This document shows positions 28,253-38,404 of a DNA stretch of 64,000 nucleotides, in pieces (position 1 is the first letter of the stretch; every line of letters starts with the position of its first letter). Made by a program: the position numbers and the translations under genes. Below the pieces are notes generated by a model. It saw only the letters and a list, made by a program, of their open reading frames with translations. It did not search any database and was not told the origin of the DNA. The stretch lies in sequence record OQ427096.1; one strand, 5' to 3'.

Positions 28253-28962
28253 TGGCACGTAAACCTCACAAGTCGCCAAAGACATCGCAGCATGATCCAC
28301 TCTTCGACAACTTCAACCTCGAAGCAAAGGGATCAGGTACTCAAGCCGAAGCACGCCTTGACTGGGAGGCAGGAAAGAATCTTGTCCTGACCGGTTATGC
28401 AGGCACAGGTAAGACGTATCTTGCGCTCGCCCTAGCACTCCAGGCCATGATGGCAGGAGAGGTCCGACACATTCACATCGTCCGCTCCGCAGTTTCTTCG
28501 CGAGACATTGGTCACCTACCTGGTACCGAAGCACAGAAACTCGAAGTCTACGAAAGAGCTATCAAGTCAAACTTCAACAAGATCTTGAAGCGTGCTGATG
28601 CCTACGAATGTCTCAAGCTGAAGGGCGCCGTTAGTTTTGGATCTACTTCCTTTGAAAGGGGTGTGACATATGATAAAACCTGTATCATTGTAGATGAGTT
28701 TCAGAACGCCTCATTCGCAGAACTTGATACGGTAGTAACGCGTCTAGGTAATGACTCCAGAATCATCTTCTGTGGTGACACTCGACAGACAGATTTGTCT
28801 CCTGGTAAGAGTGGATTCCATAGGTTTGTTCGAATCGCAGATGCTTGCGGAAAGTTCTTCATTCGCCATGAGTTTGGCATCGAAGACATCGTAAGAAGCG
28901 GTTTGGTCAAGGCATGGATCATCGCAGCCGAAGATGATGCAATCAAGAACAACCCAACCTGA
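28252..28962 (+). CDS. phoH: PhoH-like ATPase
   Basis: GYAGTGKT, IIVDEFQN, TRLG, GDTRQTDL, IVRSGLV. Confidence 0.95.
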   Translation: MARKPHKSPKTSQHDPLFDNFNLEAKGSGTQAEARLDWEAGKNLVLTGYAGTGKTYLALALALQAMMAGEVRHIHIVRSAVSSRDIGHLPGTEAQKLEVYERAIKSNFNKILKRADAYECLKLKGAVSFGSTSFERGVTYDKTCIIVDEFQNASFAELDTVVTRLGNDSRIIFCGDTRQTDLSPGKSGFHRFVRIADACGKFFIRHEFGIEDIVRSGLVKAWIIAAEDDAIKNNPT

Positions 28963-28970
28963 GAAATGAA

Positions 28971-29360
28971 ATGATTATCACTGATGATGTAATGACCTCG
29001 CTGTCCGATACCGATCTGTCTGAAGGCACTACGAGCGCAGCGAACCTGTATGCTCAGGCGCTGTATCGTGATCTGGTTCGTCAGGCACTCGCTCGTAAGA
29101 GTAAGCACAATACTGCTCGCGCCCTCCGTGGTCGTGCTCGTATTGCCAAGCGCAAGGCTAAGCGGAAGTCGTAACATATGAGCAGCAAGAACCGTCGTGA
29201 CGAAACCAACGTCGACCACTTCGCTTCTAGTAAAGACCGCCGTGCCGAGAGGAGGTCGAAAGATCTCCTCCGGCGGGCGCATGATGTGGATGAAGATTGG
29301 GACGAGTATGAACTAGACTCTCGCGAGATTCACCGCAAACGAAATCAACGAATGGATTAA
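28971..29360 (+). CDS. Two small hypothetical proteins (28971-29174 with very basic tail; 29178-29360)
   Basis: Compact ORFs between phoH and rnh. Confidence 0.6.
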
Positions 29361-29362
29361 TC

Positions 29363-30226
29363 ATGATTGTAATTGACATGAGCAATCTGGTCTTTAGCCA
29401 GGTTCTCGACTTCCATCTTAAGACCAAAGAACAGGTTGACATGCCCGTCGTGCGCAATCTGTGTATCGACAAGATGAAGTCGCACAAAGCAAAACTCGGT
29501 AAGGAGTTCGGACCGGAGATTGTTCTGGCATTCGACTCTAAGCATTATTGGCGTAAAGACATCTTCCCTTACTACAAGGGTAAGCGAAAGAAGGGTCGTG
29601 ACGAATCCACATTTGATTGGAAATCGTTCTTCCCAATGTATGATCAGTTCAAGCAAGAGCTTCGTGATTACTTCCCTGTGAAGTGTCTGGAAGTTGAAGG
29701 CGCTGAGGCTGACGACTTGATGGGTGTCCTTGGTCCTCGTTATGCGCCTCACACTCCGGTATGTCTGGTAACATCCGACGGCGATATGATCCAGTTGCAG
29801 CATCAGAACTCGAACATCAAGCAGTGGTCGCCTTGGCACAAGAAGTTCCTCACTCCGAAGAATGCTGAGTATGATCTGTTTGAGCATATCTGTCAGGGCG
29901 ATGCAGGCGACGGTGTGCCGAACATTCTGAGCGATGACGACACCTTCATGGCTGATCCGAAGAAGCGCCAGAAGCCTCTTCGCAAAGATCGACTGGCTGA
30001 GTGGAAGAAGCACGGCATCACCAATCCAGAATACTTCTGTCCAGATTCGGCAGCTCTTGATCGCTTCCACCGAAATAGGAAGTTGATCGACCTTCGGTGT
30101 ATTCCTGCTGACCTAACCACTAAAATTGTTGAATCCTATGAGGCGGCTGTGCCTGCAACAGGCAAGATGTTCGGTTACCTCACTACGATGAAACTCACAA
30201 AGATCCTTAAGGAAGGCGGCTTCTAA
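29363..30226 (+). CDS. rnh: T4-type RNase H / 5'-3' flap exonuclease
   Basis: WRKDIFPYYKGKR, EADD, SDGD..QL, GDAGDGVPNILSDD. Confidence 0.96.
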   Translation: MIVIDMSNLVFSQVLDFHLKTKEQVDMPVVRNLCIDKMKSHKAKLGKEFGPEIVLAFDSKHYWRKDIFPYYKGKRKKGRDESTFDWKSFFPMYDQFKQELRDYFPVKCLEVEGAEADDLMGVLGPRYAPHTPVCLVTSDGDMIQLQHQNSNIKQWSPWHKKFLTPKNAEYDLFEHICQGDAGDGVPNILSDDDTFMADPKKRQKPLRKDRLAEWKKHGITNPEYFCPDSAALDRFHRNRKLIDLRCIPADLTTKIVESYEAAVPATGKMFGYLTTMKLTKILKEGGF

Positions 30227-30227
30227 G

Positions 30228-30482
30228 ATGCCAATGTACGACTTCAAATGTAAGACGTGTGATCATGTTCAAACTGAGATCATGTCTATTGCCCGGATGG
30301 AATCAGGCGAAGAAGCCGTATGCAAAGAGTGCGGTGGGGTGTCTGCAAAGACCTTCACCGCAACCAATTGGGAAGCTGCATCGGCTGAGTCACTTGGTCG
30401 GAAGAAGGCTCCTGAGGACTTCCGAAACTTCTTGACACAGATTAAGAAGGCACATCCAGGTAGTACTATCAAAGATCATTAA
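30228..30482 (+). CDS. FmdB-family zinc-ribbon protein
   Basis: MPMYDFKCKTC...CKECG. Confidence 0.85.
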   Translation: MPMYDFKCKTCDHVQTEIMSIARMESGEEAVCKECGGVSAKTFTATNWEAASAESLGRKKAPEDFRNFLTQIKKAHPGSTIKDH

Positions 30483-30484
30483 TC

Positions 30485-30766
30485 ATGGCTAAGTCTGTGG
30501 CAAGTTTGATGGGTGGCGGTCCTTCACCCCAAGTAAGACAACACCTTGAAAAGTTCATGTCTAAGAACAGATATGATCCCATTAACGATGCAGATATGTT
30601 AATTGAGCAGTATATTTGTCTCGTTGATGAGCTCTATTCGGATGGGAAAGATACGTCGTATGAAGAGCCCAAGGAAGTGAAGTTCATCACAGGTAAAGTC
30701 AAGCAACTCCCTGACCCCGATGTGAACTGGGGCTTCTCAACTATTGGTGATTCACTTTATGACTGA
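30485..30766 (+). CDS. Hypothetical protein
   Basis: Coupled ORF within the operon. Confidence 0.6.
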   Translation: MAKSVASLMGGGPSPQVRQHLEKFMSKNRYDPINDADMLIEQYICLVDELYSDGKDTSYEEPKEVKFITGKVKQLPDPDVNWGFSTIGDSLYD

Positions 30767-31415
30767 TCTCATTCAACTGCGAAAGCTCGTCGCAGAATAC
30801 AAGGCTGATCACAAGCCTCTCGAACGATACCCTGGTGTAACTCGTGTCCTCAGTGGCACCAAAGACATGACGGGGCTTGATGCATGGCGTGATCGAATTG
30901 GTCATGAAGAGGCTGATCGAATCGTTGCCGAGTCCAAGATGATTGGTTCCTCACTCGATAAGATCTTCAACGACTCGCTTGAGTCGGTCATCAATCAGGT
31001 ACCATTTGAAGAATCCCTTTATGAGAACGAGGCAGGCTATAAACTGTTTGGACAGTTGAAGCCCTACTTGAAGAGAACCGAGCCGGTAGCTGTCCAGCTT
31101 AAGGTCTGGTCTGATCACATGAAGATGATGGGTTACCTGGATTGCCTGGGTCTTTATGATGGTGTCCTTACTCTGATTGATTGTAAGAACTCCAAGAAGG
31201 AAAAGCGAGAGGAATACCTCGAGGACTACTACCTCCAGTGTACTGCCTATTCGATGATGCTGTATGATATGCTTGGCCTAAAGATCAAGCAGATGGCACT
31301 TTTCATTGCTCGACGCGATTCACCATTCCCGCAGATCGTCATCAGAGACATCAAGCCGTTTGTACCGATGGTGTTGGGTCGAGTAAGAAATTACTATGGG
31401 AACCTTGCACAATGA
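30759..31415 (+). CDS. Cas4/RecB-like PD-(D/E)XK exonuclease
   Basis: YPGVTRVL, GYLDC, LIDCKN, YYLQCTAY. Confidence 0.85.
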   Translation: MTDLIQLRKLVAEYKADHKPLERYPGVTRVLSGTKDMTGLDAWRDRIGHEEADRIVAESKMIGSSLDKIFNDSLESVINQVPFEESLYENEAGYKLFGQLKPYLKRTEPVAVQLKVWSDHMKMMGYLDCLGLYDGVLTLIDCKNSKKEKREEYLEDYYLQCTAYSMMLYDMLGLKIKQMALFIARRDSPFPQIVIRDIKPFVPMVLGRVRNYYGNLAQ

Positions 31416-31657
31416 AAATCAAAGGCACTAAGATCGAAACAGTCGATGTTGATATCGATCCTTTGGAAGTGATCAGGACTTGCTACAAACGGTGGAAGAG
31501 TACTACTCCTGGCGAGTTCATCAGGAATGGTAATTGGTATGTCGAGGTGCACACCTCACATTCGTATGATGAATTGGTTGGTCCAGTGTCTGATCAAGAC
31601 ATGGAAATCTACAAGGCATTCCAGATCGTCTCAGAATTAATCTCAGGAATGAAATGA
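31412..31657 (+). CDS. Hypothetical protein
   Basis: ATGA-coupled. Confidence 0.6.
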   Translation: MKIKGTKIETVDVDIDPLEVIRTCYKRWKSTTPGEFIRNGNWYVEVHTSHSYDELVGPVSDQDMEIYKAFQIVSELISGMK

Positions 31658-31878
31658 ATTACAGTGAAAAGATCCTCGAGGAACTGACGCTAAGAGCAAG
31701 GCGAGACAACATCGGCTTGTTCGAGGCAGCATCAGACTACTGCGAGGAACATGATTTGGAACAAGCCGAGTTCGTTGAAACACTCGACCCTATCATCATC
31801 CAACGTCTCAAAGAAGACGCAGCCCGTGAACGTAAAGTCAGAAGATGCGTGCAGAAACCGTCCAAAACTCTTTTCTGA
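31654..31878 (+). CDS. gp33: Late transcription coactivator (gp33-like)
   Basis: LFEAASDYCEEHDLE...IIQRLKEDA; gp33-gp59-gp32 synteny. Confidence 0.85.
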   Translation: MNYSEKILEELTLRARRDNIGLFEAASDYCEEHDLEQAEFVETLDPIIIQRLKEDAARERKVRRCVQKPSKTLF

Positions 31879-32471
31879 GTGCACCACTCAGAACATTCCA
31901 AGATTATGTCGGGCTCAAGCTACACTTCAACGGTGACCTAGTATGGAAGCGCCACATGGTGCTTTCACTTCGTGAGGAGCAGCTGCTCAAACGAAAGGAC
32001 GCATACTATTTCATCCAGTTGGCTGAGCAGCATGATCGCGAAAAGATCATCCAAATGATGATCTCGATGTTCAAGCGAAAGCGTGACTCTTGGATTGGTG
32101 AGATTCTCGAGGAAGAGAACGTCGAGTATCACAAGAAGCGGATGGCTGTAATCAACTCGTTGAAGTACGTTATTCGTACCGACATTGAACGCATCGTGTT
32201 GTTCATGGAGGACAATAAGATAGATGTTCGTAAACTCCTTTTGTCGGACGGTCAAAGTCCGTATATTGTATCACACCAGTCGGACATTATTGGTGGTGTG
32301 ACCGACGAGACACTCGCCCTGTTAGAGAGGGCGTTCAAGTTTTGCTCACAGGACACGTTGGACCCGCTTTGGGAAGAGCGCAAGTTCATGCTGGGTAAAT
32401 ACAGTAGCTGGATTGAGGTGGATGGAGACTTCCTGAAACAACAACTCAACCGGCTAGTAGAGGCGAAGTAA
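31845..32471 (+). CDS. gp59: Helicase loader (gp59-like)
   Basis: YVGLKLHF...KRKDAYYF; directly upstream of gp32. Confidence 0.85.
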   Translation: MRAETVQNSFLSAPLRTFQDYVGLKLHFNGDLVWKRHMVLSLREEQLLKRKDAYYFIQLAEQHDREKIIQMMISMFKRKRDSWIGEILEEENVEYHKKRMAVINSLKYVIRTDIERIVLFMEDNKIDVRKLLLSDGQSPYIVSHQSDIIGGVTDETLALLERAFKFCSQDTLDPLWEERKFMLGKYSSWIEVDGDFLKQQLNRLVEAK

Positions 32472-32524
32472 GTCCATAAGAGACAGTAAGACCTCAATTC
32501 AAATAGAGAAAACGGAGACTAAAG

Positions 32525-33436
32525 ATGTCATTTGCAGCACTTAAGAAGCAGCGTGGTAATTTCGCCGACCTCAGCAAGAAGCTTGCTGATGAAAAGAAGG
32601 GCGGTGGTGGTAACGGTCCAGATGAGCGCTATTGGAAGCTCACGACCGACGAAGCTGGTAATGGTTACGCCGTGATCCGATTCCTCACTGCACCAGTGAA
32701 CGAGGAATACCCATTCGTCAAGATGTACTCTCACGCGTTCAAGAACGATCGTACCGGTAAGTGGTACATCGAGAACTGCCGCTCGACCATCAATGAAGCC
32801 GACCCGGTTATGGAAGTCAATTCCGAACTGTGGAACTCGGGCATTGAGGCGAACAAGGATCTCGCTCGTAAGCAGAAGCGCAATCTGAAGTACATCTCGA
32901 ACATTCTGGTCATCAAGGACTCGAAGAACCCGCAGAACGAAGGCAAGGTCTTCCTGTTCGCATACGGTTCGAAGATCTTCGAAATGATCGAAGCTGCTCT
33001 GCAGCCGAAGTTCGAGGACGAGAAGCCGTTCAATCCGTTCGACTTCTGGGATGGTGCAGACTTCAACCTGAAGGCATACAACGGTTCCAACAAGCAGCGT
33101 TCGTACGATAAGTCGGGCTTCTCGGCACCGGCACCTCTGTTCGGAGGCGACGACGCAGCACTGGAAACCCTGTGGAACAAGCAGTACAGCCTGCAGGCAG
33201 AAGTTGCTCCGGAGAAGTTCAAGTCGTACGATCAGCTCAAGACCCGTCTACAGGCGGTTCTGGGCAACGCTCCAGGTGGACGTCCTGCATCGCAGGCAAC
33301 GAGCCAGGCACAGGCTGTGGAACGTGAGTTCGCAGAACCGGCACGTCCGGCAACTCGTCAGGAGCCAGCAGCATCGGCAAGTGACAACGAGGACCTGTCG
33401 CAGTATGCAGCGCTCCTGGAAGGCTTCGACAGTTAA
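32525..33436 (+). CDS. gp32: Single-stranded DNA-binding protein
   Basis: DERYWKL..D.AGNGYAVIRFL, WYIENC, NPFDFWDGADF, acidic tail. Confidence 0.97.
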   Translation: MSFAALKKQRGNFADLSKKLADEKKGGGGNGPDERYWKLTTDEAGNGYAVIRFLTAPVNEEYPFVKMYSHAFKNDRTGKWYIENCRSTINEADPVMEVNSELWNSGIEANKDLARKQKRNLKYISNILVIKDSKNPQNEGKVFLFAYGSKIFEMIEAALQPKFEDEKPFNPFDFWDGADFNLKAYNGSNKQRSYDKSGFSAPAPLFGGDDAALETLWNKQYSLQAEVAPEKFKSYDQLKTRLQAVLGNAPGGRPASQATSQAQAVEREFAEPARPATRQEPAASASDNEDLSQYAALLEGFDS

Positions 33437-33453
33437 GGTCGAAACCATAGTTT

Positions 33454-33493
33454 GATTAAATAAAGGAACGGCGCAGGTCGTTCCTTTATTTTT
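33454..33493 (+). terminator. Intrinsic terminator after gp32, with an overlapping GATTAAATA late-promoter-like box
   Basis: AAATAAAGGAACG-N8-CGTTCCTTTATTT plus T-run; TAAATA at 33457-62, upstream of the Alt-like gene. Confidence 0.7.
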
Positions 33494-33506
33494 AGCTGAC
33501 AAGAAT

Positions 33507-36500
33507 ATGATCCTACAAGAGAACAGCTTTTATTCAGACCAATCTGGTCTCGCTACGTTGCTCACAAACAAGCAACTCGTAGCCGATATTTTCTATATCA
33601 ATTTCCTCGGGTTTGCTGGACTCCTTAAGATCAAGGACGCTCCTGCGCTGATGACCTATGTCAAGGGTTTGGGCAAGCTCCAGCTTTCCAACATGACAGA
33701 CACCAATGCTGATTGGAGCCTGGCTATCAAGCTGGCACATGATGCAGGTATCATCAATATGGTCGCTGCCAACATGGCAACGAAGTTCCTTGCACTGGTC
33801 AAGAGCGGAAAGATTCGCTCAGCTGACCTTAAGGACGATCCAATCCGAGATATCATCAAGGCTTGCCGTGTAATCAGCAACAAGCCTTCACCCCGTATCT
33901 ATCAGGCTGTTCAAGACTTTGTTGATGCAAAGGACCAGCTAGAGACGACAACCGTCAAGCTCTGGAAGCTGTCTGCACGTCCAGAGCTAATGACCGCGGC
34001 TAAGGAATTCCGTGAACAGATCACCCTGGGTGGTTATTCGTCCGCATTCCTGAAACACCAGTGGGCAAATGGAACTGCAACGACGCCTGCTCCAGCTGTA
34101 GCTGTTCAGCAGCCACCAGCAAAGGGCCAGCGTGGTTCGTTGCCACCTCAGGGTGCTGCACATGGTTCCGACTCGGATTACATGGCTGCTCTGCTTCATG
34201 TGTTCAAGCTCAAGGGTGGTATTCATAGCTACCTCGAACGTTTCGGCTTCAAGGGACACTTTGACGTTGATCGCTTCAAGAAGGCTGTCGCATCTCCTGA
34301 GTTCGTTCTGTCTCATGGCTATCACGTGCCTTGGGAGCAGCATCCGTTTGTCCAATGGATTCGTAAAAAGGATCCGTCGGCTTCGGCAGCTGTGCTCAAG
34401 ATCCTCAATGATAAGGATCGTCAGACAGGTGCAATCGCTGTAGCAACTCAGGTATCGAATACTGCACCTCAGGCACCTAAGCCAGCTGCTGTAATCCAGA
34501 CTGTCGTTGCAAATCGCCAAGAGCCGATTGTGACTAATGAGTCTATCTCTGAGATGTACCTCAACGGTTTTGATCCTAAGCTTCATGCGTTGATGATGAA
34601 GTATCATTGGCCTAAGGGCGAAGAAGCGAACATCATCAAGTCGAATCTTCCTAAGGTTCTGAGCGCCCTCAAGACATTCGAGGTTGATGAGCTTAAGAAG
34701 CCTCATGGTCGAATTGAACAGAGCGAATATACGCAGAGCACCTTTGCGCGTATGCTTCTTGGTAACGGCGTGATGCCATCCCAGATCAACGGACCTATCT
34801 ACAACACTCTGTTGAAGTCGGGCGAGAGAAAGGACGCTGATGCTGTATTCAATCTTCTGATCGATTACAACAACGCATCCACTTTGAAGCAGAACGCGTT
34901 TGGTGGCGACTTCGGTAATGACCCAGTTACGACTGCGGTGTCCCGCCTGTTTGATGGTGATGGTGTTGATTTCATTCTTGATCACCTGACACAGATCAAC
35001 AGCGTAGGATTCCAGCCAATCGTCTATGATGCAGGTAAGCATCTTTGGATCGGAAACGATGCCGAAACAGAGATGAACCGTAACCTGATCCAATGCTTGA
35101 TGTTGCCTACGTCAACCCTGGACGGAATTGTTCGCAACATCGAGGCAACGTTTGCTCGTCTTGATATCAGAACTGGTCGAACCATCGGAAAGAACCTTGC
35201 AGTTGACAAGGAATCCTTCGATAACAAGGCGTCTGCAAAGGTCAAGAAGCTCGTCGATGCAGTGAATAAGGAAGGTTACGTTGATATTTCCCTGAAGAAA
35301 TTCGAAGGTGATACGATGGAGATCCTCGACCTCCTGACAGTAGCTAAGAAGGTCACGCAGGGTGCTTCCTATGCAATGTCTGATCACTTTGTTTCTCTGT
35401 TGGGCGATGCAATGGCTGGCAAGTTTGATATCACGCCAGTGATCAAGGACGAGGAAGACCTGTTCCTTATCTTCAAGGCATTGCAGCAAGCAGCATTCTA
35501 CATGAATGCAACATCCCGTGCTACGGCTGGAACTATCATGCCTTGGCTGTATGAGAAGATGGCAGCTGTTGGATCTTTGAACTGGAAGATGAACAGAGCG
35601 CCTAACCCATATGGTGAGTATCCTTTCCCACAGGCTACTAACTATTTCAAGTATCTGCTCGAAAAGGGACACACCACAGCGGCACGCCATGTTGCTCCAT
35701 GGATGATCTACTACGGAACAGGTAGCGATATCTTCAAGATGATCATTGCGCAGTTCCCTGAGCTGAAGGAAGAAGTCTTCAAGCGTTCTGGACAGATCGG
35801 TCATGGCGGTACGACATTTGCTGCGATTCTTGATCAAAAGTTTGATCCTGTTGCTATGCCTTATATCAGCCTCGACGCGCTGACCTCATTTGTTCGTTCG
35901 ATTGCAATGCACGGATCAATTGAAGATGCTGTCAAGGCTGCACGCTGGGCAAGAGCAAAGATCATGAAGGAACAACCTGATCGTAGGCCTTGGGAACAAG
36001 CTGGTCCTTCTATGGTAGGTCTTCTGGGAACTGCATGGTTCGTTGAGCCAAGCGATCCTCACTATGATGAAGCGCTCAAGGTGGCTTCAAAGTGGCTGAT
36101 CTCTACTCTCAAGCAACAATATAGCGAAAGTGACATCAAACTGTTCCAAGCCTACAACCCAGAGTTCTGGAAGGTATGGATTTCAGAAAAGAAGAAGGGC
36201 GCTGAGAATAGTCCTCACGCTACAACCTCACTCCGTGGTATGATGGACACTTCTGAGTATTCGGAACTCTACATCAACTGCCTGAAAGGCCAGGGTCTAA
36301 ATGCAATCAAGGCAAACCTGATTGATTCGACCACAGGTTGGGCTGCTCAGTTGATGCAGGTTGCGGATTCGGATGACATTACGATTGACGCCAAGAAGGA
36401 GCTTGTTCGTAGATTCGCTCCTGCGATGGAAGTCAACGGCGTTCACACCATCCGAGATAAGTCGCACCGTGACTCGCTCAACAAGAACTTTGCTGATGTT

Positions 36501-37694
36501 CTGCTCGACGTCTATGACTCGGATAAGGACCTTGCAGACAAAATCTTTGCTGACCTGCCTCGAACCACTCGTACTCTGATCGTAAAGATGCAGGGTGAGA
36601 TGGCTTACATCGAAGCAATCAAGGACGACCTCTACAAGCATCCTATCAAGCCTGACTTCCCGCTTGACCATGCCCGTATTCGTACGATCTTGAAGTACAA
36701 CAACCTGGCTATCCGAGTCACGTCTAATCGAAACATCGTTCAGACCATCGGTGATATTGATTCGGCAGCTAAGTCTTCGATCAGCAAGGCTCTTGTGGAC
36801 CTCAAGGTCTCCGAAGTGAAACAGGATGAGACGGCGCTTGAACTCGAGACAATTCGTCTCAATAAGTTCCGAAACAACAAGCACGGCGAAGTTGCATTCA
36901 AGGTTCTCAAATCGTTTGACGTTGCATTCCCAGGCGCAAGCAAGAGAATTGCTGAATTCCGAAAGAACAATCCTCAGGATGGTACGCTTGATCCTGTGTT
37001 CCACGGAACAGGTACAATTGCCGCTTCGATGGTTCTGCGTAACGGATTCCAGATCATTCCTGCAAACGACTCCTCAGCTGTTGGTCGTATGCTTGGTAAC
37101 GGTATCTACTTCTCCAATGTCATCGACAAGGCACAGCAGTACGTCGGCGACAAGGGTGGTGGCATCACGCGTAGCTATGGTACACGTGGTTACATCTTCG
37201 AGATGGAAGCCGAACTAGGAAAGAACCCTAAGGACTATCGTTCCGCTGGTCTCGGTCGCGACTCTATCCGTTCTCCGGAATGGGCAGTGTTTGATCCGGA
37301 CAATCAGCTTCGCATCTACAAGGCATACTACATTGAGCTTGTAAGCCTCAATGCGGTTAAGGCGATGGCTGCAAAGCACAACACCAAGTTGAACGAAGCG
37401 GTAGGTAGCTCATTTGAAGATTACATGATGGAGAAAACTGTGGATACAAAGGCAACATCGAAGTTCTGGTTCATGGGCGATTCGTTGCCCAAGTCGATGA
37501 CGGAAACTTGCGAAGTCAGCGAGTTCAAGTCGAAGCGAAACGTCTACACAGAACCATCGTGGGACGGCGGTACGATCGTTTCTATCGAACATTCGCTAGA
37601 CATTGAGCCGGTAACGATTTCGATTGATGACACGGCGAAGTGGTTGTTCAACAAGCCAGATGAAGCAAAGTTGTTCTTCGATCTGATGAACTGA
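33507..37694 (+). CDS. Large Alt-like protein with a C-terminal PARP-type (H-Y-E) ADP-ribosyltransferase domain
   Basis: VFHGTG, GRMLGNGIYFS, AQQY, SPEWAVF. Confidence 0.82.
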   Translation: MILQENSFYSDQSGLATLLTNKQLVADIFYINFLGFAGLLKIKDAPALMTYVKGLGKLQLSNMTDTNADWSLAIKLAHDAGIINMVAANMATKFLALVKSGKIRSADLKDDPIRDIIKACRVISNKPSPRIYQAVQDFVDAKDQLETTTVKLWKLSARPELMTAAKEFREQITLGGYSSAFLKHQWANGTATTPAPAVAVQQPPAKGQRGSLPPQGAAHGSDSDYMAALLHVFKLKGGIHSYLERFGFKGHFDVDRFKKAVASPEFVLSHGYHVPWEQHPFVQWIRKKDPSASAAVLKILNDKDRQTGAIAVATQVSNTAPQAPKPAAVIQTVVANRQEPIVTNESISEMYLNGFDPKLHALMMKYHWPKGEEANIIKSNLPKVLSALKTFEVDELKKPHGRIEQSEYTQSTFARMLLGNGVMPSQINGPIYNTLLKSGERKDADAVFNLLIDYNNASTLKQNAFGGDFGNDPVTTAVSRLFDGDGVDFILDHLTQINSVGFQPIVYDAGKHLWIGNDAETEMNRNLIQCLMLPTSTLDGIVRNIEATFARLDIRTGRTIGKNLAVDKESFDNKASAKVKKLVDAVNKEGYVDISLKKFEGDTMEILDLLTVAKKVTQGASYAMSDHFVSLLGDAMAGKFDITPVIKDEEDLFLIFKALQQAAFYMNATSRATAGTIMPWLYEKMAAVGSLNWKMNRAPNPYGEYPFPQATNYFKYLLEKGHTTAARHVAPWMIYYGTGSDIFKMIIAQFPELKEEVFKRSGQIGHGGTTFAAILDQKFDPVAMPYISLDALTSFVRSIAMHGSIEDAVKAARWARAKIMKEQPDRRPWEQAGPSMVGLLGTAWFVEPSDPHYDEALKVASKWLISTLKQQYSESDIKLFQAYNPEFWKVWISEKKKGAENSPHATTSLRGMMDTSEYSELYINCLKGQGLNAIKANLIDSTTGWAAQLMQVADSDDITIDAKKELVRRFAPAMEVNGVHTIRDKSHRDSLNKNFADVLLDVYDSDKDLADKIFADLPRTTRTLIVKMQGEMAYIEAIKDDLYKHPIKPDFPLDHARIRTILKYNNLAIRVTSNRNIVQTIGDIDSAAKSSISKALVDLKVSEVKQDETALELETIRLNKFRNNKHGEVAFKVLKSFDVAFPGASKRIAEFRKNNPQDGTLDPVFHGTGTIAASMVLRNGFQIIPANDSSAVGRMLGNGIYFSNVIDKAQQYVGDKGGGITRSYGTRGYIFEMEAELGKNPKDYRSAGLGRDSIRSPEWAVFDPDNQLRIYKAYYIELVSLNAVKAMAAKHNTKLNEAVGSSFEDYMMEKTVDTKATSKFWFMGDSLPKSMTETCEVSEFKSKRNVYTEPSWDGGTIVSIEHSLDIEPVTISIDDTAKWLFNKPDEAKLFFDLMN

Positions 37695-37767
37695 TCTACT
37701 ACCAATAATAGCTGGGCTCGGAAGGGTCCAGCTATTATACTATACGCACATCCTATGAGAGACCCGC

Positions 37768-38403
37768 ATGAGCGACGCACCATTTCATCTATCCATTGAT
37801 ACCGAAACCCTCGGTATGCGTGAAAACACGGTTGTTCTGTCCATCGGTGTAGCAGCATTCCAGCTGGTGCCAGGTGCGAAGAACGACTACGACAAGATCA
37901 TCCGTGATGGCTTCCATGTGAAGTTCAATGTCAAGGAACAGATTGTCAATTACAAGCGCACCACTGACCAGAGCACCATTGATTGGTGGAAGACTCAGGA
38001 ACCTGCAGCGCAGAAGATTCTCAAGCCGTCAGAAGAAGATGTTGACATGGCCTCTGGTCTGACGATGCTCAATGACTGGATCAAGCGTTCGGGGTATCGC
38101 TGGAAAGATTCATTTGTCTGGTCGAGAGGTACATACTTTGACTTCCCGAAGCTCGAACACATGTATCTGCAAGCGGGCGTGAAGTGCGGATTCAACACCT
38201 GGAAGATTCGTGACACGCGCACGATGATTGACGTTCTGACTGGCTCAGAAAACGGACAGTACGAACCAGCAGGTGGCTTCCCGAGAAACTTCTTGAAGCA
38301 CGACGCACTGCATGACGCTGCAATGGACGCCTACCGCATGGTTGAGATCTTCAATCTTGCTGCAGGCGGCGAACCGGACGATGGTCCGCCCTGGAAGGAA
38401 TAA
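37768..38403 (+). CDS. dexA: DEDDh 3'-5' exonuclease (DexA-like)
   Basis: SIDTETLG, WSRGTYFDFP, IRDTRT, HDALHDA. Confidence 0.85.
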   Translation: MSDAPFHLSIDTETLGMRENTVVLSIGVAAFQLVPGAKNDYDKIIRDGFHVKFNVKEQIVNYKRTTDQSTIDWWKTQEPAAQKILKPSEEDVDMASGLTMLNDWIKRSGYRWKDSFVWSRGTYFDFPKLEHMYLQAGVKCGFNTWKIRDTRTMIDVLTGSENGQYEPAGGFPRNFLKHDALHDAAMDAYRMVEIFNLAAGGEPDDGPPWKE

Positions 38404-38404
38404 A

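Noticed and set aside
28971-29174. ArfA/ArfB-like ribosome rescue factor, suggested by the very basic tail
   Set aside because: No GGQ or KGKGS motif; a basic tail alone is insufficient.
30759-31415. Cas4-like nuclease as a sign of CRISPR
   Set aside because: No repeat-spacer array or other cas genes seen; a solo Cas4/RecB-like exonuclease is a normal T4-like gene.
37705-37742. Inverted repeat ATAATAGCTGG/CCAGCTATTAT after the Alt-like gene as a novel element
   Set aside because: Most simply an ordinary terminator hairpin between two genes.
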